A stretch of 64,000 nucleotides of DNA from a virus: positions 1 through 64,000 of IMG/VR virus record IMGVR_UViG_3300012953_006207. The stretch is one strand, 5' to 3'. This document shows positions 54,215-63,779 of this stretch, one piece after another. Below the pieces are notes generated by a model. The model worked only from the letters and a program-made list of their open reading frames with translations, ran no database searches and was not told the origin of the DNA. The position numbers and the translations under genes were made by a program. Each line of letters starts with the position of its first letter. Position 1 is the first letter of the stretch.

Positions 54215-54415
54215 ATGGATAAAGAATTAAAACAGTTCACTATCACAATGGAAAGCGGTACGCGCTTCGGAGGCAAGTATCGTGACGAGGCTCACGTCCG
54301 CGATGCTAACAAATGGTTTAGCGGTAAAATTGTTAAGATTGAACAACGCCCACTCTGGACACCTGAAGAGGAGGCAGAGATGGACGCAGACAAGGCATGG
54401 CATCGCGCCTACTAA
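54215..54415 (+). CDS. Hypothetical early protein
   Basis: ORF before the final terminator. Confidence 0.55.
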   Translation: MDKELKQFTITMESGTRFGGKYRDEAHVRDANKWFSGKIVKIEQRPLWTPEEEAEMDADKAWHRAY

Positions 54416-54489
54416 AATCGGAGGTTATAGTCATGTTGTGTTTAGCAATCATCACCTTACTAGTCATCGTTTACTAGTCGTTCGTCATC

Positions 54490-54522
54490 ACCCGCCCCCT
54501 TCTTCGGAGGGGGGTGGTTTTT
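54490..54522 (+). terminator. Terminator closing the early region
   Basis: CCGCCCCCTTC-TTCG-GAGGGGGGTGG-TTTTT (UUCG tetraloop). Confidence 0.8.
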
Positions 54523-54672
54523 GAAAAATTTTTTGTCGCAATAACTACGAAAGGGCGTGAGGGGGTTGTTTTACAACTTTACAAGAAAAGAAGTCCTACT
54601 CTTTTACGACCTCGAAAAAATCCCCGGAGGGGATTGCTTTTCAGAGTCCTTTTGATATACTGGCGTTGCCTT

Positions 54673-55380
54673 ATGAAGACTTTACTATTCTGCACATCAC
54701 ATTTCAAAGAAAGAGAAGAATATTTAAAAAGATATGAAAAATGGGCGGGATACTACCTTGATTTAGATTGGGAGGACAAAACCCTCTTTATGATCGACGA
54801 CTGTTCCGACGCTTCGCTCGTAAACACAAACTTATTTAACATAATTAAAAGCAGTGAGTTGCCAGAAGAATCGGCGTTATCCACAAACAAAGTCAATTTC
54901 GTACATTTTGAAGAAAAAGCTCCATGTCACAAAGACGGACAGGCAGCAAATTCAGCAGGATGGTGGAGAGGTTACTTGTCTATAGTCGATATAGCTAAAA
55001 AGTACGACTTCGAGAGAATCATACATGTAGAATCAGATTTATATCTAATCTCAAAAAATATAAGAGATTTTATTGAAGGTAGAATGACTGACGGGTGGCA
55101 TTCCTTTTTGTGCAGAAAGTACAACTGGCCAGAATCATCTTTGCAGGTAATTAACAAAGATAAGTATGAAGCATTCGAAGAATTGCGGTCAGACCTAGAA
55201 GAGCTTGGTTTAGAGAATATTGATGCAAGCCGTGGACCCGCAGAGCTTTTGCTTCCATTCACAAGAATAACAAAGGGCTTTAATGGAAGTAGGTACGGAG
55301 AGGATTCCCCAAGTCAAACTGCTGGAATGGACTACTTTGCCCAGTGCAGAGACAACACTTTAATTATAGCAGAAAAATAG
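54673..55380 (+). CDS. Glycosyltransferase-like protein
   Basis: MIDD.S, GWWR, IIHVESD; start re-placed after TTGCTT..TATACT. Confidence 0.55.
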   Translation: MKTLLFCTSHFKEREEYLKRYEKWAGYYLDLDWEDKTLFMIDDCSDASLVNTNLFNIIKSSELPEESALSTNKVNFVHFEEKAPCHKDGQAANSAGWWRGYLSIVDIAKKYDFERIIHVESDLYLISKNIRDFIEGRMTDGWHSFLCRKYNWPESSLQVINKDKYEAFEELRSDLEELGLENIDASRGPAELLLPFTRITKGFNGSRYGEDSPSQTAGMDYFAQCRDNTLIIAEK

Positions 55381-56241
55381 ATGATAAAAAAAGGTATCAT
55401 ACTAGCAGGAGGAGCAGGGTCTAGACTCTATCCGCTAACAAACAATCATCCCAAAAGCTTGTTGCCCGTATACGACAAGCCGATGATATACTATCCTCTT
55501 ACTACTCTTATAGAAAATGGAGTAAAAGAAGTATGCGTTATATCTTCAGTGGAACACACTCCCAAGTTTAAAGAGATAATTGGTGATGGAAGTAGATTCG
55601 GCGTAAAAATACAATACAGGACCCAAGAAAGCCCAATAGGAATTCCTCAAGCATTTACGATCTCAGAGGACTTTATCCAGAATGATAGTGTGGCACTGAT
55701 TCTTGGAGATAACGTCTCAAACGGCTCCACAGCGTTCAAAAAGGCATTCAGAGAGTTTAAGGACGGAGGTTCTATATTTGCCTATGAAGTACAAGACCCA
55801 GAGAGATACGGAGTGGTTGAGTTCGACGAAGAAGGAAAAGCTATCTCAGTAGAAGAAAAGCCAAAAAAACCTAAAACCAATTTTGCAATTCCGGGTTTAT
55901 ACATTTTTGACAATAAAGTGGTAAAAGTAGCTAAATCTCTTAGACCTTCAGCCAGAGGAGAGCTAGAAATAGTAGATGTCATTAAATTTTATTTAAATAA
56001 AAGAAAATTAATGGTTTATCAAATCAATCGTGGCTGCGCTTGGCTCGACTCTGGCACATCAAGCAGCCTAAATGAAGCATCGGAGTATATAGCAGTAATA
56101 GAAAAGAGACAGGGCGTAAAAATCGGATGCCCAGAAGAAGCAGCATTAAGGAAAAAGCTAATAACAAAAGAAAAATTAGAAGAAATTATTGAAAACACTC
56201 CTAAATGCGAATATAGAGAATATTTAGAAAGATTAACATAA
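55381..56241 (+). CDS. rmlA: Glucose-1-phosphate thymidylyltransferase
   Basis: KGIILAGG.GSRLYP.T, LLPVYDKPMIYYPL, LILGDN, DPERYGVVEF, PSARGELEI, WLD.G. Confidence 0.95.
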   Translation: MIKKGIILAGGAGSRLYPLTNNHPKSLLPVYDKPMIYYPLTTLIENGVKEVCVISSVEHTPKFKEIIGDGSRFGVKIQYRTQESPIGIPQAFTISEDFIQNDSVALILGDNVSNGSTAFKKAFREFKDGGSIFAYEVQDPERYGVVEFDEEGKAISVEEKPKKPKTNFAIPGLYIFDNKVVKVAKSLRPSARGELEIVDVIKFYLNKRKLMVYQINRGCAWLDSGTSSSLNEASEYIAVIEKRQGVKIGCPEEAALRKKLITKEKLEEIIENTPKCEYREYLERLT

Positions 56242-57030
56242 ATGCAATATCCATTACCTCCCCTCGACTTAAGAATAGAAGTAGGTCAACCCAAAGACGC
56301 AGGAGAAAAGCATTGGAAAGTAGTATGCGATCATGCAGAGCGGTGTTTTCGGTTTCTAGCAGGTCGCCCTCAAAAACACTGGAATGTCCTCGACGTAGGA
56401 TGCGGTTGTGGAAGATTGGCCGTAAACCTCGTAGATGAAGTAGAACAATACACTGGCATAGAAGTGCAAAAACGCTTTGTTGATTGGTGCAGAGAAAATA
56501 TCGATAAAGGGCATTTCTATTATTATGATTTCCATAATCATATGTACAATAAAGAGGGATCAGTTAATAACATAGAATGGGCTAATATTGAAGACTCTTC
56601 ACAAGACGTAGTATATATGTCTTCTGTGATTACTCATATGAGAACAAAAGACTTCTTATCTATAATGGATGAATCTTATAGAGTTTTGAAGAACGGCGGT
56701 AAATTAGTTTTTTCATGTTTTGTGCAATCAAGTGCCAGCAAAGGAAAAGAAACTGTTCCACACGGTAAAGACGGAATACTTCCTATAGATAAAACAATTG
56801 ATGAGGTGTCTTGGACTGATGATTTGAATGATTGTAGATATATTGTCTATAAAGATGAGTGGATCGAAGAACAATTTAAAATACGCGGATTTAACCCGAA
56901 CGCCTTCCTTCCCGGTTTCTGGGGAGGCAGAGAAGTAACTAAAGGGGAAAGAAGCTGGACTTTTGAGGATAGATATCAAGATTGGTTTTGTTGGCAAAAA
57001 CCCTCAATACAGAAATCACCTTTACTCTAA
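56242..57030 (+). CDS. Class I SAM-dependent methyltransferase
   Basis: VLDVGCGCGR, YTGIE, SV.THM, RVLKNGG. Confidence 0.9.
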   Translation: MQYPLPPLDLRIEVGQPKDAGEKHWKVVCDHAERCFRFLAGRPQKHWNVLDVGCGCGRLAVNLVDEVEQYTGIEVQKRFVDWCRENIDKGHFYYYDFHNHMYNKEGSVNNIEWANIEDSSQDVVYMSSVITHMRTKDFLSIMDESYRVLKNGGKLVFSCFVQSSASKGKETVPHGKDGILPIDKTIDEVSWTDDLNDCRYIVYKDEWIEEQFKIRGFNPNAFLPGFWGGREVTKGERSWTFEDRYQDWFCWQKPSIQKSPLL

Positions 57031-57055
57031 GCCAGAATTTAATTATTATCTGAAT

Positions 57056-57949
57056 ATGATTGCGTTGATAGGAGCAACAGGATACGTAGGCCAAGCTTTC
57101 GTAAAAGAATTAGTAAATAGGAAATTAACTTTTTTTGAAATTCATAGGAAGAATACTGATTATTATGATATTCAGAAGTTAGTTGAAATACTGTCCATCA
57201 TTAACGCCGATTTTGTTATCAACTGCGCTGGCTACACGGGCAAGCCTAATGTGGATGCTTGTGAAACTAATAAGGGGGAATGCAGAAAAGGTAACATCGA
57301 GTTACCTAAAGTCATTTCTAACGCTTGTGCGTTAGTAGGCATTCCTTGGGGTCACGTTTCTTCTGGGTGCATTTACACTGGCAATAGATTAGATGGTGCG
57401 GGGTTTACGGAAGAAGACCCTCCTAATTTTCATCATTTTTCTGAAGTTAAGGGTAGTTACTACAGCGGAACCAAAGCTGAGGCTGAAGATTTAATCAAGG
57501 TTATATCTGAAGATTATTATATATGGCGTCTGCGTATTCCTTTCAACAACGAAGATGGCCCAAGAAACTATTTGTCTAAGGTTATGAACTATGACCGTCT
57601 GCTTGAAGCAGAGAACTCAGTCACTCACTTGGGGGACTTTGTTAGTTCCTGCATCGACCTTTATCAAAATAAAGCTAGTTATGGAATTTATAACGTAGTT
57701 AATTCTGAGCCTATTACTACATCTTTTGTAGTTTCAAAAATCAAAGAGATTTTAAATTTAGATAAATCTTTTGAGTTTTTCTCTGACGAAAAGGAGTTTT
57801 ATCAAGTTGGGGCATCTGCCCCAAGGTCTAACTGTGTTTTGGATAATTCTAAATTAATCAGGGCTGGGGTTAATATCAGGTCGTCCTCAGAAGCTATAGA
57901 AGACAGTCTAAGGAACTGGGCTTACCAAGATGAATTGCTACATAATTAA
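57056..57949 (+). CDS. RmlD / NRS-ER-like nucleotide-sugar reductase
   Basis: GATGYVG, NCAGYTGKPNVDACE, HVSSGCIY, Y...K, RLRIP, GIYNVVN, APRSNC.LD. Confidence 0.85.
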   Translation: MIALIGATGYVGQAFVKELVNRKLTFFEIHRKNTDYYDIQKLVEILSIINADFVINCAGYTGKPNVDACETNKGECRKGNIELPKVISNACALVGIPWGHVSSGCIYTGNRLDGAGFTEEDPPNFHHFSEVKGSYYSGTKAEAEDLIKVISEDYYIWRLRIPFNNEDGPRNYLSKVMNYDRLLEAENSVTHLGDFVSSCIDLYQNKASYGIYNVVNSEPITTSFVVSKIKEILNLDKSFEFFSDEKEFYQVGASAPRSNCVLDNSKLIRAGVNIRSSSEAIEDSLRNWAYQDELLHN

Positions 57950-58835
57950 TTTCAACAGACTAAAGTGGACTAAGCAATTAGCTATAGACCTAGCCGACAG
58001 AGGCTTCACTCCTATTATACTTGATAATAATTCTTCGTACCCACCTTTACTGGATTGGTATAACTCTTCGGATTTTAAATTTAAATTAGTGAAGTTTGAT
58101 CAGAATCATGGCCATAGAGCTTTCTATCATAGCGGATTTTATAAAGAGGTAAAAAGCGAATACTTTGCTATGACCGACCCTGATCTTGATATAACCTGCG
58201 CTCCAGAGGATTTCAAAGAAGTTCTAATGGAAGGTTTCAGCGCAAAACATGAATTCATAGGAAATAATGATGATATAATCAAAGTGGGGTTAAACCTAAA
58301 AATAGATGACCTACCAGAAAAGAGTGAAGATTTAATTTTTGATCCCGACATTGTAATCAATCACGAAAAAGGTTATGGAGGAGGAGAAACCAAAAAGGGT
58401 TTATACATAGCTGCTCAACTAGACACAACATTCGCTATATACAAAAACCACGGATCAGAATTTAGTCAACGAAGAGAATACAGCTTATGGCCTTCGATTA
58501 GAACCGCACCCCCATACGAAGCTAGACATTTGCCTTGGTACTCAACTTACAGCGGAGTAGACGAAGAAGATAAATACTATATGGATAGTATACAAAGAAA
58601 AGATGTTGATTGGAGTTGGAGAATGAAATGTAATATTGACGAAGAACTTTACGGCATTAAGCACGATAATAACACGCCAATAGAAGTTGAAGTCGAAATA
58701 GGTCAAGGCGGAGTACTGGAATCCAAACAGCAAGAAAATATTTACAAAAACAAAGACTTAGATAACCTATCCGCATTTGCTCACCTCTCAAACCCGCCTC
58801 AGCGCGTATATTTTAATCCAAAGCATGACTCTTGA
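57930..58835 (+). CDS. GT2-like glycosyltransferase
   Basis: IINFNRL, LDNNSSYPPLL, TDPD, DTTFA.Y, ARHLPWY. Confidence 0.8.
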   Translation: MNCYIINFNRLKWTKQLAIDLADRGFTPIILDNNSSYPPLLDWYNSSDFKFKLVKFDQNHGHRAFYHSGFYKEVKSEYFAMTDPDLDITCAPEDFKEVLMEGFSAKHEFIGNNDDIIKVGLNLKIDDLPEKSEDLIFDPDIVINHEKGYGGGETKKGLYIAAQLDTTFAIYKNHGSEFSQRREYSLWPSIRTAPPYEARHLPWYSTYSGVDEEDKYYMDSIQRKDVDWSWRMKCNIDEELYGIKHDNNTPIEVEVEIGQGGVLESKQQENIYKNKDLDNLSAFAHLSNPPQRVYFNPKHDS

Positions 58836-59457
58836 TATCATAGTTTGTACATATCATCAGGATGCATTGCTAAAATGCTTTATAAACTGTGTTAAATCCC
58901 AGACCAATCGTAATTGGAGGCTGATAATAGTTCACGATGGCTATGATTCGTTTTATGAAAATCTTGAGAAAGATTTAGAAAGCAATGGTTATTTAGGGGA
59001 GAATATAATACTTACTCACACAGGGCAAAGAGTTGGCGATTATGGGCATAGCGTTTTAAGATTTGCTGTAAACAAATATGTGGAAGATGAAAACTACGTA
59101 ATTCTTACTAACGCAGATAATTACTATGTTCCCGTTTTAGTTCAAGAAGTCCTCGGAACTGCGAAGCAGTTTAAAGAGCCTGAATTTATATATTTTGATT
59201 GTGTTCACGATTACGCAAGGCCATACTTCAATCCGCCATTCGGCTATGGGCATTTAAGCTCAAGGTTAGAAATGAACCTTATAGACAGGGGATGCGTGGC
59301 ATCCAAAGGTTGGTTATGTAAAAAAACTGAGCCAGATCATATAGGCGGAAGGTGTGCTGATTGGACTCATTTGGATAAAATGATCAAGCACAAAAAAGAA
59401 GATGGATCGGCAGTTAGATGCCAAAAAATAAGTAAGATTTTATTTACGCATAATTAA
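58825..59457 (+). CDS. GT2-like glycosyltransferase
   Basis: IIVCTY, SQT..NW.LIIVHDG, GDYGH, TNADNYY.P, ADW. Confidence 0.8.
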   Translation: MTLDIIVCTYHQDALLKCFINCVKSQTNRNWRLIIVHDGYDSFYENLEKDLESNGYLGENIILTHTGQRVGDYGHSVLRFAVNKYVEDENYVILTNADNYYVPVLVQEVLGTAKQFKEPEFIYFDCVHDYARPYFNPPFGYGHLSSRLEMNLIDRGCVASKGWLCKKTEPDHIGGRCADWTHLDKMIKHKKEDGSAVRCQKISKILFTHN

Positions 59458-60408
59458 ATGAAAATATTAGTTACAGGTGGTTCAGGTTTTATAGGTTCAA
59501 ATTTTATTAGATGCATAATAAATAAGCCTGAAGTAGACGTTGTTATTAACCTTGATAACTTATCCTACGCTGCTGATGAATCTAACACCAAGCAGTTCGA
59601 GGATTGCGAAAAATATCAATTTGAAAAAATATGCCTCTCTGAATACTCTAAAGTTTTAAAAGCTGTAGAAAAGCACGAGCCCACACATGTAGTTCATCTC
59701 GCTGCTGAATCTCACGTTGATAATTCAATAGCTAGTTCAAAAGAATTTATAAACTCTAACATAGTAGGTACTCACTCCCTACTTGAAGCTTGCAGGGGGA
59801 AAGACATAAGATTTCATCATGTGTCAACTGATGAAGTATACGGCGAAGTAATTGATGATTGTAAGTTCACCGAGCAAACACAATATAATCCTAGGAATCC
59901 ATATTCCGCCACTAAAGCAGCTTCAGATATGCTTGCTCTTGCATACACGAATACATACGGAATGAAAATTACGCTTTCTAATTGCTGTAATAATTATGGA
60001 CCCAATCAGCATGACGAAAAATTCATCCCCACAGTAATCAGATCGCTAACCAAGGGCTCCAAAATTCCAGTTTACGGTAAAGGTGAAAATATAAGAGATT
60101 GGATTTATGTAGACGACCATTGTTATGCCCTATGGGAAATATTAATTAATGGAAAAATAGGGGAAAACTATTTAGTAGGAGCAGACTGCGAAAAAACTAA
60201 TTTAGAAACTATTAGCTGTATTTGTAGCGAGCTTAATCTAGAAAGTGACGATTATATAGAGTTTGTTGAAGATAGGCTTGGTCACGATATGAGATACGCA
60301 ATAGACAATAGTAAAATTTTAAATGAATTAAAATGGAAGCCTACGTTTAGCTTTTCTGAAGGTATAAAGCAGACTATATCTTTTTACGAAAAAAAATATT
60401 CCAAGTGA
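59458..60408 (+). CDS. rmlB: dTDP-glucose 4,6-dehydratase
   Basis: ILVTGGSGFIGSNF, HLAAESHVDNSI, HVSTDEVYG, PYSATKA, NNYGP.Q..EK.IP, RDWIYV.DH, DR.GHD.RYAID. Confidence 0.95.
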   Translation: MKILVTGGSGFIGSNFIRCIINKPEVDVVINLDNLSYAADESNTKQFEDCEKYQFEKICLSEYSKVLKAVEKHEPTHVVHLAAESHVDNSIASSKEFINSNIVGTHSLLEACRGKDIRFHHVSTDEVYGEVIDDCKFTEQTQYNPRNPYSATKAASDMLALAYTNTYGMKITLSNCCNNYGPNQHDEKFIPTVIRSLTKGSKIPVYGKGENIRDWIYVDDHCYALWEILINGKIGENYLVGADCEKTNLETISCICSELNLESDDYIEFVEDRLGHDMRYAIDNSKILNELKWKPTFSFSEGIKQTISFYEKKYSK

Positions 60409-60438
60409 GTCTTCGCCAAGTGTATTTCTTGATACAAT

Positions 60439-61236
60439 ATGGAGAACAAGAAAACTACTTCTAAAAAAACCTCCGACAGAAAGCTTAAAGTCAGAGGCGG
60501 TAAAAAGTTAGCTGAAGAGATAGTTGACGCAACAAACATTCATGAACGAAAACGAGTTGAAAACCCCCTTAAAAGAGCTATTAAATTAAATCAGCTTCCT
60601 TGGACGGAAAAACAAAAAGAGTTTTTTAAGATAGCACTTCACCCTTCTACAAAGATAGTGTTTGTTAATGGACCTGCTGGAACAGCAAAGACCCTGCTTT
60701 CCACTTATTGTTCGTTGCAGTTGCTCAATATGAAAGTAGCTGACAGTATCATGTATCTAAGGTCTGCCGTGGAAAGCTCAGATAAAAGCCTAGGCTTTCT
60801 TCCCGGAACAGCAGAAGAAAAATTAAGATTCTATAACTTACCATTTTTGGATAAGTTGGATGAACTACTATTAGAGACCAAGGCCGAAAAGCTTGAGGAG
60901 CAAAACAGAATATCTATGTTTCCTGTTAACTTCGCTAGAGGTATGAACTGGAAAGACAAGTGCATAATCTTGGATGAAGCTCAAAACTCAACCATAAAAG
61001 AAATCGTAACTGTTTTAACTAGGATGGGCGAGGGTTCTCGCTGTTTTATTTTAGCTGATCCGATGCAAACAGATTTAAAGCAAGAGGATAAAGCTCATGG
61101 CTTTGAGAAAATTTGCAAAGCTCTTTCGGACGAAGAAAGTGTCCAGAATGGAATTTATACTTTCAACTTCGACGAAGAGGATGTTATGAGGTCTGAGTTA
61201 GTTAAATTTATAGTTTCAAAGCTCAAGGGGATATAG
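60439..61236 (+). CDS. phoH: PhoH-family ATPase
   Basis: GPAGTAKT, R.AVE....LGFLPG...EK, RG, IILDEAQN, LTRMGE, D..Q.DL, DV.RS.LV. Confidence 0.95.
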   Translation: MENKKTTSKKTSDRKLKVRGGKKLAEEIVDATNIHERKRVENPLKRAIKLNQLPWTEKQKEFFKIALHPSTKIVFVNGPAGTAKTLLSTYCSLQLLNMKVADSIMYLRSAVESSDKSLGFLPGTAEEKLRFYNLPFLDKLDELLLETKAEKLEEQNRISMFPVNFARGMNWKDKCIILDEAQNSTIKEIVTVLTRMGEGSRCFILADPMQTDLKQEDKAHGFEKICKALSDEESVQNGIYTFNFDEEDVMRSELVKFIVSKLKGI

Positions 61237-62353
61237 CGTCCTCTGCAAACTTCAAATTACCCTTCACCCTCTCTCTTTCTCCTTCTGAGAGAAAGGGGGA
61301 GGCTAAAACTTTTTGGCATAACTCAAGGGAGTGATTGTAGTGACCAGCCCAGTAAGCGCATATAGAAACTTCGTCGTCGAATCTCCATTGGTATACATCA
61401 GGACTTAAAAACAAAGAATCCTCTGGTACGGGAAAGTTTAAATAGTTTTTTCCTATTTCGTATCCTAATCTATAAGATTCTGATAGACGACAAAGGTTAA
61501 CGATTTCATAAATTGGTTCTAATCTATTCTCGGTTGACCGAAAAGCTAACAAGCAGCTATCTATAACTTCATGCATGGGAGCACCCATAGAACGCTTGAT
61601 TTTAGCTATACTGTAATAAGACTCAAAGATTTCTTGAGACCAATACCCTAGCTCTCCCCTTTTAAAATAATACTCAATAGCTTTTTTGTTATTGCCACAG
61701 TCTTTATATGATTGCGCGGTATAAAAGGTATACCGAGCTTTCATAAATGGGTCCTGCTCCTTCTTTAAAGCTTCGCTAAGAATTTTTGCATCTTTTTTGT
61801 ATTTATCTCTATCTTTGCTTCTGTTTCCGTCCGTAAAGACTTTCACTTTTATATCTCTATTGTCTCCTATTGAGGCTACCTTGCTTTCGCATTCTAAAAA
61901 TTCATGAACTACTCCTTTGTATATCCAATCAGTGTTATTTCTAAAAATTAGATACCTGAAGTATTCCGTGCTTCCAAACTCACACGGAACCCTGTAGGCG
62001 TCATGTTTGAGATTTTTTAAGAATTGTTTTTTATTAAAATTCTCTGGGACTTCGAAAATTTCATCCGCATCTAAAGTTATTCCGTATTTTACGTCTTTTC
62101 TTTTTCTTAAATGTCTTAGAGCAGATGTTCTGTTATGAGCAAAATCTTTCCAAGGCTCTTCGATTACCTCAAACTCAATTGAGTGTTTCTCCAAGAATTT
62201 CGAAATTATTTTTTGTGTTCCATCTGTAGAGCCAGTGTCGACAATTAAAGCGTAGTCTATGATTGGTAGGGCAGACTTTAGTGCTCTTTCTATTACCTTG
62301 GATTCGTTTTTAACTATGCAACATAATCCTATTTTTTGAGAAGTTCTAGCCAT
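61223..62353 (-). CDS. GT2 glycosyltransferase with TPR region
   Basis: LC.IVKNE, IVDTGSTDGT, W.DFA..R, LDADE, G.VHE, R..FY.AQSY.D. Confidence 0.9.
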   Translation of the reverse strand: MARTSQKIGLCCIVKNESKVIERALKSALPIIDYALIVDTGSTDGTQKIISKFLEKHSIEFEVIEEPWKDFAHNRTSALRHLRKRKDVKYGITLDADEIFEVPENFNKKQFLKNLKHDAYRVPCEFGSTEYFRYLIFRNNTDWIYKGVVHEFLECESKVASIGDNRDIKVKVFTDGNRSKDRDKYKKDAKILSEALKKEQDPFMKARYTFYTAQSYKDCGNNKKAIEYYFKRGELGYWSQEIFESYYSIAKIKRSMGAPMHEVIDSCLLAFRSTENRLEPIYEIVNLCRLSESYRLGYEIGKNYLNFPVPEDSLFLSPDVYQWRFDDEVSICAYWAGHYNHSLELCQKVLASPFLSEGERERVKGNLKFAEDAISP

Positions 62354-62393
62354 ACGGGAAGATATGTACCAGAATTAACGCCCACAGTCAAAA

Positions 62394-62585
62394 CTACTTT
62401 TTTCGATTATCTGGAGAAAGTTTAACGTCTATATTCTTAATAGCTTTAAAAGCCAAAGTGTTTATTTTGGAGCATTTGGATGATATGAGGGGGTCTTGGT
62501 TTTTGCAGAGTGGGTAGGATATCTCCAGTATTTCCCTCATCATTTCTAATGTTTCGGCAAGTGGAGAATGATCTGTAGTCTTCAT
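62394..62585 (-). CDS. Hypothetical protein
   Basis: ATG 8 nt after minus-strand AAGTGTAT. Confidence 0.45.
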   Translation of the reverse strand: MKTTDHSPLAETLEMMREILEISYPLCKNQDPLISSKCSKINTLAFKAIKNIDVKLSPDNRKK

Positions 62586-62682
62586 ATAAATAAATACACT
62601 TTAATGAAAAAAAAAGCTTTTTGTATTTGGCTTATTTAAGGTGTATGGTGAAACGCCAATTAATAATTGAATAAAACGAAAA

Positions 62683-63066
62683 ATGCTTAAAGAATTTTGT
62701 AGTAAATGTGGTCACCCTAATTTGTATTCATACGATAAGCCTTTGTTCTGCGCTAAGTGCGGAGAGCCTTTTGGGGGAGCAGCTAAAGCTAAGTTGGCAA
62801 CTAAAAGCAAACCAACTCAGACCCCTAAGGTAGAGACTCCGTTTGAGATTGAAGAAGAGACTGAAAGCATACCAAGTATAAACAAGTTAGACTTTAGCGT
62901 TGAAACGTTTGAGCCCAAGCCTCCCACGATAGGAGCTATAGCTTCGCAAGGCCCTCCTTCAAAATCTAAAAACCTAGAACAGCAAAGACCACAAACTTCT
63001 ATACCTTTTGATAAAGACAAGTTTATAAAAGAATTCGAGAAAGAAGCTGGTTCTATAAGAAGGTAA
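62683..63066 (+). CDS. Zinc-ribbon protein
   Basis: FCSKCG...FCAKCG. Confidence 0.65.
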   Translation: MLKEFCSKCGHPNLYSYDKPLFCAKCGEPFGGAAKAKLATKSKPTQTPKVETPFEIEEETESIPSINKLDFSVETFEPKPPTIGAIASQGPPSKSKNLEQQRPQTSIPFDKDKFIKEFEKEAGSIRR

Positions 63067-63074
63067 TCTCTTAA

Positions 63075-63776
63075 ATGCCGAAAAAAAAAGAGTCAGCCCC
63101 ACAAAAGCCTTACGAGGATTTCGTGGAGATAATTGACGAAGAGATTCTTAAAAGAAAAAATAAATGGAACCTCAAATCTTTATCGTGGATTGACTATGAT
63201 GATGTAGCTCAAATAATAAGAATACACATCCATAAAAAGTGGCATTTATACAATCAGGAAAAACCCATAGGGCCTTGGCTAAATACCCTGATTTCTAATC
63301 AGATAAAAAACTTAATAAGAAATAACTACGCCAATTTATCTAAACCATGCTATAGGTGTGACGCAGCGGAGGGAGAGGATTTATGCGTTATTTATGAAAA
63401 ACAATCATCAGCTTGCCCTATATACGCTAAATGGGAAGGCACTAAGAAAAGTGCTTTCTATCTAAAAATAGCGACCTCTTTAGAATTCCATGCTCACGAA
63501 CTTAACAGCAGTGAGTTGCAAGAAAGCATGAAAATGGAATCAAACATTTCAAAACTTCACGAAGTTATGCAGACCATACTTAAGCCCAATGAATGGAAAA
63601 TATACAAGCTGCTATACATAGAAAATAAAAGTGAAGTTGAAGTAGGCGAGATAATGAAATATGTTTCTTCGGAAGAAGGTAGATTTCCGGGCTATAAGCA
63701 TATAAGAAACATTAAAAAATCTATTGTTAAAAAGGCTAAGAAAGCTTTCGACGATGGAAAAATAGACATCTTTTAA
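63075..63776 (+). CDS. Divergent sigma70-like factor with Cys4 insertion
   Basis: Region-2-like DYDDVAQ.I.....KKW..Y......PW....I.NQI.N..R; C..C...C......C insert; region-4-like L.P.E..IY.L.Y.E..S..EV..IM. Confidence 0.6.
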   Translation: MPKKKESAPQKPYEDFVEIIDEEILKRKNKWNLKSLSWIDYDDVAQIIRIHIHKKWHLYNQEKPIGPWLNTLISNQIKNLIRNNYANLSKPCYRCDAAEGEDLCVIYEKQSSACPIYAKWEGTKKSAFYLKIATSLEFHAHELNSSELQESMKMESNISKLHEVMQTILKPNEWKIYKLLYIENKSEVEVGEIMKYVSSEEGRFPGYKHIRNIKKSIVKKAKKAFDDGKIDIF

Positions 63777-63779
63777 ATC

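Noticed and set aside
54673-62353. Cellular O-antigen / capsule locus (bacterial chromosome origin)
   Set aside because: No flippase, polymerase, ABC exporter or priming transferase, and the surroundings are phage-type small ORFs, PhoH and sigma genes without housekeeping operons.
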